This document shows positions 10,030 to 18,079 of a DNA stretch of 54,336 nucleotides, piece after piece. The notes under the pieces are model-generated. The model was not told the DNA's origin. It ran no database searches and saw only the letters and a list, made by a program, of their open reading frames with translations. Within the stretch, counting starts at the first letter, position 1, and each line of letters begins with the position of its first letter. The stretch comes from a virus (Duplodnaviria > Caudoviricetes), in the IMG/VR virus record IMGVR_UViG_3300005663_000054, positions 1-54,336 of that record; one strand, 5' to 3'. The translations under genes and the position numbers were made by a program.

Positions 10030-10187
10030 CCCCCTCCAATACCGAGACGTTTTTTACTTCTGAACGTATTGGCTAGGTTCTTGATGTCGTCCTTTGAGAG
10101 GTCAAGCAAAGGAGCGAAGACATAACTCTCTGGACTAGAAGCACGCACTAGTGCATGGTAGAAAGTAACTGCCTCATTGTTAACCAT
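9990..10187 (-). CDS. Hypothetical protein
   Basis: 65 aa, GGAG RBS, downstream of the promoter at 10247-10275. Confidence 0.55.
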   Translation of the reverse strand: MVNNEAVTFYHALVRASSPESYVFAPLLDLSKDDIKNLANTFRSKKRLGIGGGWKVKKSWLIRQS

Positions 10188-10620
10188 TTAGTATTCTCCC
10201 AGACCACGTACTATGTTCCTTGCGGGTCCTCTTCCTACGCTTTCCAATTATAGACTCGTCTCCGGACGAAGTCAAGGTCTTGGTCATCAGTAAGACCCGA
10301 TTTTTTAGGGCCTCCTTTGTCAGTGTCCCATATAGGACGCCGCTCAACTCTTGGTGGACTCGGAGCAGATCAGGGTTATCCTTGATCTTCTTGGGCATCC
10401 CAAGACCGAACAGTGCGGATTCAAACGCATACGTGAGTACATATCGGGACTCGGCCATGCCTGGGAAGTGGACTAGAGGAATCTCTAGGAGGCCCAGGAG
10501 GGACCGTATGCCCTTCTCTGTGGCCCCCATCAGGTTTGCAAGCACATCGAGACGGGTGTAATGAGCACCGGCCCCGAGCTTCATGTAGGGGGGAGGCGGC
10601 CTATCCGGCTGCACTTGCAT
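10180..10620 (-). CDS. Hypothetical, possibly HTH DNA-binding protein
   Basis: LDVLANLMGATEKGIRSLL resembles an HTH; basic C-terminus. Confidence 0.5.
   Translation of the reverse strand: MQVQPDRPPPPYMKLGAGAHYTRLDVLANLMGATEKGIRSLLGLLEIPLVHFPGMAESRYVLTYAFESALFGLGMPKKIKDNPDLLRVHQELSGVLYGTLTKEALKNRVLLMTKTLTSSGDESIIGKRRKRTRKEHSTWSGRILNG
10247..10275 (-). promoter_or_regulatory. Sigma70-type promoter for packaging/head genes
   Basis: TTGACT-17-TATAAT. Confidence 0.75.
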
Positions 10621-10984
10621 TTTTTAATTCCAAACGTAATTCGGTTGCATGGTTGCATAGAGTTGCACCCTTTTCCTTCCCTAACTCTACTACCCTTTTA
10701 TTTTGGTCAACAGTTAGATTGCATGGTGCAACGGGTACTTCATCTATGCTACCGGTTTTTTTCATCCACATCATTTTTCGATGGCAGTTGGAGCAAAGGA
10801 CATCACACTTCTTTATCTCTTGTTCTACCCACTCCCAGCTATATCCTACGGTTAGCTTGGATACGCTCTTGAATTTGGTGATTGGATCGCGGTGGTGGAA
10901 GTCCAGGCAGCACGGCTCTGATTCCCCACAAACTTGACATCCTCTTTCACGCTTAATAGCGTTTACTCTATCCTTATTGGACAT
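10601..10984 (-). CDS. HNH endonuclease
   Basis: CQVCG..CLDFHH..EIKKCDVLCSNCHR. Confidence 0.85.
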   Translation of the reverse strand: MSNKDRVNAIKRERGCQVCGESEPCCLDFHHRDPITKFKSVSKLTVGYSWEWVEQEIKKCDVLCSNCHRKMMWMKKTGSIDEVPVAPCNLTVDQNKRVVELGKEKGATLCNHATELRLELKNASAAG

Positions 10985-10986
10985 TT

Positions 10987-12339
10987 CTAGCTCCTTGGAA
11001 CAATAATCTGAAGTCCCACGTAGTGCATCTGTTGTTCATACCGCGATCCCATACGCTTCTTTTCCATTCCAGGTATCAGTTTACGCAGGGTACGTCCGAC
11101 TTGGGACGAATTCATAGCTTTCAGATTCATGCTATCACAAAAACAGATATACTCGTTCATAAACCTGCTCGTTGTTTCAGAGCAGCTGGGGTCTGGATTA
11201 CATCTCTCGTCCACGAACTGGGACAGGGAACAGTTCTCGTGCCTTACAGTGGTCTTGGCCTGCTCAAAGACCTGGGAGGTAGTAAACTTGCCCTGTCGCT
11301 TGAGACGCTTGAGGCCCTCGATCGCCCAGTTGAAGATACCCGGTAGTTCCCAGCGTAGGGGCCAGGACGTCTTCTCAGAGTTCAGGAGGGACAGGTCTAT
11401 CTCATGGTCCTGGATTCGGACGTTCATAGGAACGACGATGAATCGGTCCCATAGAGCCTCAGAGGGGTCCTTGACTTGGGGGAAGACATTAGTGGCCACG
11501 ATGATCTTGGCAGTCATCTTGAGGGAGACTGGGTCCTTATACTTCCTGTCCACAAGGATAGTATCCCCCCCAGTAAATCTCTTGATGACGCCCTCAGCCA
11601 GTCGGTCAATCTGGTTGCAGTCCCCACAGAAGTTGACTAGTTTCCCTACCATCTCGTGAGGGGAGAAGCGGTTCCAGAAACATTCCAGGGGTACTGCACT
11701 TCTGTTCTCAGGTCCGATTACAGCTTCCAGGATGTTAGAGAGGGTGGACTTGCCGGTACGTGCTTCCCCGAACAGGATCATTAGCTTACGGAAGCTGTTG
11801 TCCTTGGTAAGGCAGTACCCGAACCACTCCTGGAGCACGTCCTGAGAGGGCTTATCCGGTAGGACCTTATCAAGGAAGACGTGGAATTGTGGGCATGTGG
11901 CTTCGGGCTCGTAGTTGTAGCTCATAACCACGGCACTGAACCAGTTGGAATCTGGGCGAAGTCGGATGGGTCGGATCGGACCAGATGCAAGAACGTCCAA
12001 ATCAATTAGACAATCTTGAAAGGCCAGGAAGTTGCTTGTGTCGTCGTAGTGGTCCACGTTCACGTAGAGGGGCATGTCTACGGTACTGGCTACAGAGACG
12101 CAGTCCAGCACTCTGATATGGTTACGGAGTTCCCTAACGGCTGCTAGTCGAGAGTCCTCCTCCTCTTCGTGCAACCAGAGAACCATCATGCCCGTAAGGT
12201 CGTCTTCGGACTGTACCCGGTAACGACCTTGGGACCAAATCCACCATTCCTGTCGATAGTACCGGAGGGTTGATGGACTCCCAAACCGGTCCTTTACAAA
12301 TCTTGCCGCTAGTCCGAGATACTTGTCGCTTTTTGACAT
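10987..12339 (-). CDS. SF3 helicase, D5/P4-type C-terminal module with no visible primase domain
   Basis: D5_N-like YEPEATCPQFHVFL..LQEWFGYCL; Walker A GEARTGKST; IKRFTGGD; IVATN..P; ALWDRF; C-terminal winged helix. Confidence 0.88.
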   Translation of the reverse strand: MSKSDKYLGLAARFVKDRFGSPSTLRYYRQEWWIWSQGRYRVQSEDDLTGMMVLWLHEEEEDSRLAAVRELRNHIRVLDCVSVASTVDMPLYVNVDHYDDTSNFLAFQDCLIDLDVLASGPIRPIRLRPDSNWFSAVVMSYNYEPEATCPQFHVFLDKVLPDKPSQDVLQEWFGYCLTKDNSFRKLMILFGEARTGKSTLSNILEAVIGPENRSAVPLECFWNRFSPHEMVGKLVNFCGDCNQIDRLAEGVIKRFTGGDTILVDRKYKDPVSLKMTAKIIVATNVFPQVKDPSEALWDRFIVVPMNVRIQDHEIDLSLLNSEKTSWPLRWELPGIFNWAIEGLKRLKRQGKFTTSQVFEQAKTTVRHENCSLSQFVDERCNPDPSCSETTSRFMNEYICFCDSMNLKAMNSSQVGRTLRKLIPGMEKKRMGSRYEQQMHYVGLQIIVPRS

Positions 12340-12677
12340 TTGTCATCCTTTTGGGTCCTACGCGGATCAGCACAGGACCTACAGAGAATGACGCAACGTG
12401 CCAGAGCCTCATCTATTTCACAGTTTGTCACAGTCTTGGACCGAGAAAGCTGAGACACCGGCACATCCGACTCTCGGGGATCGGAGTACTTGAACACGAA
12501 ACGTCGTGCTTCGTATGGCGTGATTACTGAATCAAACCAGTACTGTTCAAATCCATCATCAGGAGTAAGATACCGTTCGTCCTCTATCTTACCCCGACCA
12601 CATTCTACGCAACCAAAGCACAAAACACTTTCTTTCTTTTCTCGTGCAATGTAAGCGTCTTTTTCTTTGCGGGTCAC
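12309..12677 (-). CDS. Degenerate HNH-like Zn-binding protein
   Basis: CVECG ... EIDEALARCVILCRSC parallels 10601..10984 but lacks the catalytic His residues. Confidence 0.55.
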   Translation of the reverse strand: MTRKEKDAYIAREKKESVLCFGCVECGRGKIEDERYLTPDDGFEQYWFDSVITPYEARRFVFKYSDPRESDVPVSQLSRSKTVTNCEIDEALARCVILCRSCADPRRTQKDDKCQKATSISD

Positions 12678-12697
12678 GCGGTTTTTTCCTCCTCATT

Positions 12698-12726
12698 ACT
12701 ATAGGTACGTCACGGCGACAAGTCAA
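12698..12726 (-). promoter_or_regulatory. Sigma70-type promoter
   Basis: TTGACT-17-TATAGT, followed by GGAGG RBS and GTG at 12677. Confidence 0.7.
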
Positions 12727-12786
12727 CCCCAAATTCAAAATGGGGGCGGCCGTGAAACGTCGGCGATTCGGCGATCCAAAGACGTA

Positions 12787-12969
12787 CTACCTTATCTTCT
12801 TTTTCATCGCCGCCCGCGAAACCGTCTCCCGGCTTTTCGACATCGCCGCTGCTACCGCCATCTGGTGCCGCTTCTTTCGACGCTTCCCCGGCCCGAACGA
12901 TGGGCTCTCCAGCGTCTCTTTTATGTTGTCGCTGATGGTCTCTTGACTGGTTCCGTCTTGAAGGGGCAA
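12787..12969 (-). CDS. Small basic phage protein
   Basis: MPLxxGxSxxxISxNI...QxAVAAAMS pattern, familiar from small basic phage proteins. Confidence 0.6.
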   Translation of the reverse strand: MPLQDGTSQETISDNIKETLESPSFGPGKRRKKRHQMAVAAAMSKSRETVSRAAMKKKIR

Positions 12970-12972
12970 TGA

Positions 12973-13284
12973 CTAATCCTTATTGCCTCGCCTGGCTACA
13001 GCAGATAGGGCGGCTGCTTTCCGGGCGGCCTCCGCAGCTTTCTCGAGTTCGGGAATAATTGCCTTCCCTCTCCTACGCTCTTTTTTAGCTTTCCCGGCTT
13101 TTGGAGCATCAGGGGTTATACCCAAGAACTTCTCAGTACGATAGATAATCCTCGTAGCGTGCCGAGCAGATTCAGAGTCTGACCTGTCAGCTTGTTCCTC
13201 GTTCCGTAGGATCATTCGAGCCCTGGAAAGCTGGCTTTGTAGCTTCTCCTTCGTAATGTGGCTATGGCCTTCTTTGTCGGGCAT
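12973..13284 (-). CDS. Hypothetical basic protein
   Basis: 103 aa, TAATG-coupled. Confidence 0.55.
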   Translation of the reverse strand: MPDKEGHSHITKEKLQSQLSRARMILRNEEQADRSDSESARHATRIIYRTEKFLGITPDAPKAGKAKKERRRGKAIIPELEKAAEAARKAAALSAVARRGNKD

Positions 13285-13715
13285 TAGTACTTCTCCGTTG
13301 GAGTCTCGTCCTTCTTGTGGAAATTAGCTTTCTGGGTCATGGCCGACTGAGTTACAGTAGTAGTAGCTTTCTTGGCCTTCTTCTTCTTTCGTTCCTTCTT
13401 GTACTCTCGGTAGGACTTCTCTAATTGGTGTCCCGCCGAAGCACCAGCAAGACCAGCTTTGAGAATCCGTCCGGCCGTACCACGACCTGACATAGCTGCG
13501 GATGCGGACGCAAGAGCCCCAGTAAGGCTAGTCTTATCTTTGGAGCTGTCTTCGGACTTCGTTTCCTTAGACGGGCCGGGCCGGTCTCTCGATTTTGGAA
13601 CTGGCTTGAGAGTGTCGGACAGTTGTGTTACCTTAGCAGCCTTCTGCTTTGCTCGGTTCCCAAGGTTAGACTTCTTGTTGGACTCCCAAGTCGATTCGTA
13701 TTGTCTTATGGCCAT
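13284..13715 (-). CDS. Hypothetical Lys-rich protein
   Basis: Start MAIRQY at 13715 (TAATG overlap). Confidence 0.55.
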   Translation of the reverse strand: MAIRQYESTWESNKKSNLGNRAKQKAAKVTQLSDTLKPVPKSRDRPGPSKETKSEDSSKDKTSLTGALASASAAMSGRGTAGRILKAGLAGASAGHQLEKSYREYKKERKKKKAKKATTTVTQSAMTQKANFHKKDETPTEKY

Positions 13716-13861
13716 TATGGTTTCTTCTTTAGACAACTCTTACAAGTAACATAGGTCCAGTATGTTCTGCAATTTTCCGGGAGTAGGCCTGATACATTCT
13801 TTCTACAAAAAGCTCGTATGTACTCCCAATCAAGAATCTTGTGGATTTTAACTTCTGCCAC
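13715..13861 (-). CDS. Small Zn-finger-like protein (48 aa)
   Basis: Read by hand: MAEVKIHKIL...FC...WTYVTCKSCLKKKP; GGGAG RBS supplied by an 11-mer copy. Confidence 0.5.
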   Translation of the reverse strand: MAEVKIHKILDWEYIRAFCRKNVSGLLPENCRTYWTYVTCKSCLKKKP

Positions 13862-13875
13862 TTTGCTCTCCCGGC

Positions 13876-14085
13876 TTAGACCATACTCGCGTAATTGGCA
13901 TGAGCTTGTGCTACGGCCATGAGGGCACGCTGCCTGTTATTCATGCCCTGCTGTAGGGTCCCCATAACCTTGTTCAGACGACGGTTTTTTGGCCGGGCTG
14001 CCTGCCGCCTTTTTGACTCTTCTCTTGAAGCGAGAGCTTCCGTACCCGCTCCAGCGATAGCACCTGCGATCATTCCAATTGCCAT
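13876..14085 (-). CDS. Hypothetical protein (possible virion/pilot peptide)
   Basis: Gly/Ala-rich N-terminus followed by a basic helix; GGAG RBS. Confidence 0.5.
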   Translation of the reverse strand: MAIGMIAGAIAGAGTEALASREESKRRQAARPKNRRLNKVMGTLQQGMNNRQRALMAVAQAHANYASMV

Positions 14086-14088
14086 AAG

Positions 14089-14550
14089 TTACTCCTGTAC
14101 TATACCACGCCTTCGAGTCCTCATGTCGGCCATGGGCTCAGCGAAATTTCCACCAATTTGACGTCCTTGGGGATTGAAAGGTTCGGTGAATCTACCCATA
14201 CCCCCGGGGGTAGCCTGCCTATTTACTATGGAATTTAGGGCCGAGTTAGAAGAACGTCCTACTTGAGTTGGTGCTTGCTGTCCTCTCTGACCTTGCTGTC
14301 GTTGGGACATGAGTTGTTGCATAATGCCTTGTTGGGTCATGGCGTTCTGTTGCCCTGCCATTTTTTTCTTCTTGGCTAGTCCCTGGGACAGTCGTTCGGA
14401 GATCATACCGAGGGCTCCGGTTTGGCCGGTACGTCGTTGTTCTTGGGAGGCTTGTAGGGACTTTTGTTGGAAACCTTTGCTGTAGTCTACCTTATTACCC
14501 TTGCCTGCGGCTATCTGCATCTTGGCTCGCATTTGTGCTCTACTAGCCAT
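14089..14550 (-). CDS. Hypothetical Gln/Arg-rich protein
   Basis: 153 aa low-complexity ORF in operon. Confidence 0.55.
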   Translation of the reverse strand: MASRAQMRAKMQIAAGKGNKVDYSKGFQQKSLQASQEQRRTGQTGALGMISERLSQGLAKKKKMAGQQNAMTQQGIMQQLMSQRQQGQRGQQAPTQVGRSSNSALNSIVNRQATPGGMGRFTEPFNPQGRQIGGNFAEPMADMRTRRRGIVQE

Positions 14551-14553
14551 TGG

Positions 14554-14820
14554 TTATACCTTGTGCCTTTCCTTTTCAAGTTCCTTTTTGAGGGGGGGAA
14601 CCTCTTTTGGTTTGGGGTGAAGAATCATGTTCCGATATTGGTGCATAGCGTCTAGGGTAGTTTGTCCAATAAGCATTTTCATTTCCTTCTTGGTTTCGGG
14701 ATGCCACTCGGATTGATGAGAGCCGGGAGAGGTACACCCTGTGATCCAGATGAGGCCGTAGCAGACCATGGCGGCAATGAATCCCAGGAGGGTTACTTGT
14801 CGAGTGGTCCGGTCGTTCAT
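14554..14820 (-). CDS. Putative lipoprotein
   Basis: Basic N-terminus, hydrophobic core and lipobox-like WITG^C. Confidence 0.5.
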   Translation of the reverse strand: MNDRTTRQVTLLGFIAAMVCYGLIWITGCTSPGSHQSEWHPETKKEMKMLIGQTTLDAMHQYRNMILHPKPKEVPPLKKELEKERHKV

Positions 14821-14845
14821 CGGTCTCGTGCCTGGGAAGTAGAAA

Positions 14846-15103
14846 TTAGCATTGTGCCTCCGGCATTTGGGCGGTAGTCACGTAGACGTTTGGTCGGTAG
14901 GGTGGGCAGTAAGGAAAGATACGATAAGGGTCCACGGGGTATACCGGGTACGGTGGTTCGTTGTTTCGTTTGGATTGTCCACAGTGGGGACAGTAGCCGC
15001 AGTGGGGGCATCGGTGGTCTTGGGTTGGGACTGGTGTTTGTGCAGCCAGGTCCATTTTGGAGCTGATTCGTTGTAGATCAGCGTCATTAACGATGTCACT
15101 CAT
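14846..15103 (-). CDS. Small Zn-ribbon, Pro/Tyr-rich protein
   Basis: CPHCGYCPHCG followed by a PYPVYPVDPY tract. Confidence 0.5.
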   Translation of the reverse strand: MSDIVNDADLQRISSKMDLAAQTPVPTQDHRCPHCGYCPHCGQSKRNNEPPYPVYPVDPYRIFPYCPPYRPNVYVTTAQMPEAQC

Positions 15104-15260
15104 ATCGGTTCCTTGCTTCTTGGCAGAGGCGGTCTAGTTTAGCTGAGAACTCGGGGGTGAAGACTTCGTCTAGGAGGTCCTCCCTTTCATACTCATCCAT
15201 ACCCTCAAAAATTTCCTCCAAGTACTCGTCATCCCGGTCGTTATCATCTACTAGTAGCAT
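15096..15260 (-). CDS. Very acidic 54-aa protein
   Basis: Read by hand: MLLVDDNDRDDEYLEEIFEGMDEYEREDLLDEVF...; 20 of 54 residues D/E; AGGAG RBS and its own promoter. Confidence 0.6.
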   Translation of the reverse strand: MLLVDDNDRDDEYLEEIFEGMDEYEREDLLDEVFTPEFSAKLDRLCQEARNRYE

Positions 15261-15280
15261 ATCAGTTCTCCTGTCGCTGT

Positions 15281-15309
15281 AGTATAGGCAGGTGGGAGGG
15301 GAAAGTCAA
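15281..15309 (-). promoter_or_regulatory. Sigma70-type promoter
   Basis: TTGACT-17-TATACT. Confidence 0.7.
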
Positions 15310-15530
15310 GTGGAAAGTGAGATTGAGTTCCAGAGTTTGATGGCTTGGGCCTCGATCTTGTGTTCGTTATTGGATGGTCCTTTGTCGTGGGCGACAGGTC
15401 CTTCAAGACCGCAGTCATAGTCAAGGCAGTAGACTTGGGCTCTCCAGCCTTCGGTATAGTGGCTGGTTAGATTAACAACGGCATCATATCCACAGGCGGG
15501 GCAGGGTTTGGGTTTTGGGTCGGTAGGCAT
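15306..15530 (-). CDS. Lar-family (restriction alleviation-like) Zn-ribbon protein
   Basis: KPCPACG ... VYC...CG..GP ... AIKLWN matches the Lar-family signature. Confidence 0.65.
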   Translation of the reverse strand: MPTDPKPKPCPACGYDAVVNLTSHYTEGWRAQVYCLDYDCGLEGPVAHDKGPSNNEHKIEAQAIKLWNSISLST

Positions 15531-15552
15531 TAGGGTCCCCTTGGCGATTGAA

Positions 15553-15684
15553 TGGATGTTCCGGAATCGAACCGGAGTGCAGCTTGCTCACCACGACCTT
15601 TCGCTCTCCGTACTACACTTACGGTCCAGCTCCCCGGATTACCCAGGGATCGACTATCAGGACGACCAACGTCCTTTACACCCA
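15553..15684 (-). ncRNA. tRNA-like structured ncRNA (~130 nt)
   Basis: Acceptor-like stem TGGGTGT/ACATCCA stacked on T-arm TCCGG-TTCGATT-CCGGA, with several internal hairpins; begins just after a promoter. Confidence 0.6.
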
Positions 15685-15688
15685 CGGG

Positions 15689-15718
15689 ATTATATGGCAG
15701 AAAAGGGGGGAAAGTCAA
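15689..15718 (-). promoter_or_regulatory. Sigma70-type promoter for the ncRNA
   Basis: TTGACT-18-TATAAT; expected +1 coincides with the 5' strand of the acceptor-like stem. Confidence 0.7.
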
Positions 15719-15725
15719 GGGAAAT

Positions 15726-15932
15726 CTAGGAAATCTTCAGGTTGAGGGCTGCTACTAGGTTCTTAACATCCGCTTTGATGATTTCCTGTACCTGGTAAGA
15801 ACCAAACTCTACGACAAGCTTGTGGGGTAGGAGGATACTAAGGTTGACTTCGAGGAAGTTTTCGAGGGCCGTGTTGGGGTCACATCTGAATATGCGATCT
15901 AATGACGGGCTGGTAAAGCTGTGGGTAATCAT
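15726..15932 (-). CDS. Hypothetical protein
   Basis: 68 aa, AGGAG RBS, own promoter. Confidence 0.55.
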   Translation of the reverse strand: MITHSFTSPSLDRIFRCDPNTALENFLEVNLSILLPHKLVVEFGSYQVQEIIKADVKNLVAALNLKIS

Positions 15933-15964
15933 GAGGGTCTCCTGTTAATGACGGCGAGCACGGG

Positions 15965-15993
15965 ATTATAGTCGGTGGGAGGTAGGAAGTCAA
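15965..15993 (-). promoter_or_regulatory. Sigma70-type promoter
   Basis: TTGACT-17-TATAAT. Confidence 0.75.
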
Positions 15994-16303
15994 GTTTCAA
16001 CGGGCGTTGAAAGGGGGGAATTTAGTGAAATTTTGGTGAAAACGGGAGGTTCTATTCCGCTACATGACCGGACTTTCCTGGGGGCCGATGGGGGTCCGAT
16101 AATAAGGCAAGCTATGGGTGTGTGTTTGGCGTCCGATAGCTCAACGTCTGATAGTATGATGCCCCCTACCCCCTCTAAGTGCGTGGTTATGGGACGCTTT
16201 GGCCTGCCGGTGGTAGGGTTTGTGAGGATTATAGGGCTATGAGGTGTGAAAACCACGCGATGTGGCGTTTGTGCATCATCAAGGGGCCGATAATACCGCC
16301 CAC

Positions 16304-16334
16304 CTGCCAAAATGACAGACTGCCATAATGGCAG
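16304..16334. repeat. Two adjacent 15-bp near-palindromes (operator-like)
   Basis: CTGCCAAAATGACAG (16304-16318) and CTGCCATAATGGCAG (16320-16334) in a long intergenic region. Confidence 0.6.
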
Positions 16335-16355
16335 CCTAAACTTGTATTACGAGGA

Positions 16356-16393
16356 AAGCCCACCAGCCGACCCCAACGTCAGCTAGTGAGCTC
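16356..16393 (-). terminator. 16-bp RNA hairpin (terminator or processing site)
   Basis: GAGCTCACTAGCTGAC/GTCGGCTGGTGGGCTT, with G.U pairs only on the minus strand. Confidence 0.45.
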
Positions 16394-16603
16394 CGGGTTT
16401 GTTTATGCCCGGTCGCGGCGACTCGAACACCGATCACGTGAGTTAGGTCCCGCGATGCACCATGCCGAATCCATTTGTTAGACTAACCTCTTGTGCTACT
16501 AGTCCTCTCGACTACCTGCCAGCTCGACAACACTTATAGTTATCAGGACTGCAATCATGCATTCAACGAATCCCATTGTCCTGTCCCCATCGTCTCAACC
16601 GTC

Positions 16604-16828
16604 TCAATTCTTCAACGCTACATCGTCTTCGCACGGATACTCATAGACTGGTACTGGTTTACCGACTAGTTTTCTTCCTACCACTTTACGTTCGGTAAGA
16701 TAGTGCTCGTCATAGAGGGCGTCAGTCCCGGTTGCCGCGTCGCAGGCCTCTTCTGGAGTATCCCCTTCAACAAAGTATCGCATACGCTGGGTAATTGATT
16801 CAACCACTACTACGCTCCAGAGTTTCAC
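16604..16828 (-). CDS. Hypothetical early protein
   Basis: V.V.E......VEGDTPEEA...A pattern common in small phage proteins. Confidence 0.6.
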   Translation of the reverse strand: MKLWSVVVVESITQRMRYFVEGDTPEEACDAATGTDALYDEHYLTERKVVGRKLVGKPVPVYEYPCEDDVALKN

Positions 16829-16829
16829 T

Positions 16830-17529
16830 TCAATTCCCCCTATCTACCTTGCTCCGTGCTGGCCGTTCGTATTCCCGATCTGTCGCTTCAGTAGCCCTAC
16901 TCCGATCTACCACCTCATCGGCCACAGGCTCCAGGTTGACGTTGCACCTCATAATCCGACACTCCGATAACAATCGTCCACATCGGTTACACTTCAAGGA
17001 TCTCTCATCTCTCATAGCACACCTCACATTCCCCACACTGGCACATCGGCTCTCCCAGCTCATCCCGCAGGTCCGAGAACAACGCACTAATCGTCCGATC
17101 TGCCGCGTCCGATCCTAGGTCAATTCGGACGTTGTCGATGATCCGATCCAATCCCGCAAGGTCAGATACCTTCATCGATCCGTTCCTCCAACCTGTCAAG
17201 TAGGTTTTTCTTGACCACATTCAAGTGCTCCTGAGCCTCATTCCATGCCTCACTCGCCTCCGCCTGCACCTTACTCGCCTCTAAGCATAACTGTACGGCA
17301 TTGTCATAATCATCTAAGAGCGTTTTTCCCATTAGTCACCTACCTTTTCCGTGTTATGCCCACCACACTTGGGGCACATCTTACGGCAACCAAGTACGGT
17401 AGTCCACACCGACCAGACCCCCCACGACTTACAATCGTTGCACATAACATTAAGATCGATGGTGCCCCCATTTATTATAGCACAATCCACAACGTGTGGC
17501 AAGACGAACCATGGCAGTGTTACGTTCAT
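16830..17529 (-). CDS. Cluster of four small coupled early ORFs (16830-17015, 17005-17175, 17162-17332, 17332-17529), three with CxxC
   Basis: Overlapping start/stop codons; Zn-ribbon motifs CNRC, CQCGECEVC, CNDC..CPKCG. Confidence 0.5.
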
Positions 17530-17694
17530 ACTGGTTTTCCGTCCAACGTCATCGGATGGTGGGGGAATGCCTGTCGTATTAGCATCACCCTAAACCATGC
17601 CTCACCGCAGGTCTTGCATTTGAGTACCATCGGCTTTGACGTTCTAGTGTGTTTCCACCTAAGTACGTTCACAGTTATTGCCCCCTACATCAGG

Positions 17695-17749
17695 GCCACG
17701 TACACGATAGACCCAAGTAACAGTAGCTTTAGTCCATCGTATACGTGGC
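17695..17749 (-). other. 19-bp RNA hairpin, RNase III-like processing site candidate
   Basis: GCCACGTATACGATGGACT/GGTCTATCGTGTACGTGGC with 3 G.U pairs and no U-tract. Confidence 0.5.
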
Positions 17750-17762
17750 ACATCGGTCCACC

Positions 17763-18017
17763 CTAACCTTCTCTGGTTACGTTGACGCTCACCTTACAGT
17801 CCCCGACCGTCTGAAACCCACCACTAGTGGCTACCAAATCAACAATCCGAATCTTGTCCGGGTCTGATTTGGTCGGATTCGGACTCCCCGCAAGACAAGG
17901 ATTCCCACTGGCATTGTGGGAGATTCCCTTCGAGTCTAGTCGCATGACAATCTCGCCATTTTCCAGTGTGATCGAAAGGTTTTTCTTGCCATACTTCGCT
18001 GCTTCCTCTTTCGCCAT
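17763..18017 (-). CDS. Hypothetical early protein, first gene behind the strongest promoter
   Basis: 84 aa, GGGAG RBS. Confidence 0.65.
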   Translation of the reverse strand: MAKEEAAKYGKKNLSITLENGEIVMRLDSKGISHNASGNPCLAGSPNPTKSDPDKIRIVDLVATSGGFQTVGDCKVSVNVTREG

Positions 18018-18079
18018 CGTCCATTCTCCCTTATAGGAACCAAAAAACCGTGCGGTCTCATTCGCCGCGTTACACCCTA

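Noticed and set aside
13715-13861. Apparent frameshift in a small Zn-finger ORF
   Set aside because: Recounting the T-run (5 T) gives a continuous 48-aa frame.
15553-15684. Canonical tRNA or tmRNA
   Set aside because: No single 7-nt anticodon loop in the right position, and too short to hold a tag ORF and pseudoknots; kept as tRNA-like ncRNA.
16400-16480. Third tRNA gene around the TTCGAGT loop
   Set aside because: A T-arm and one upstream hairpin exist, but I could not find a matching acceptor 5' strand.
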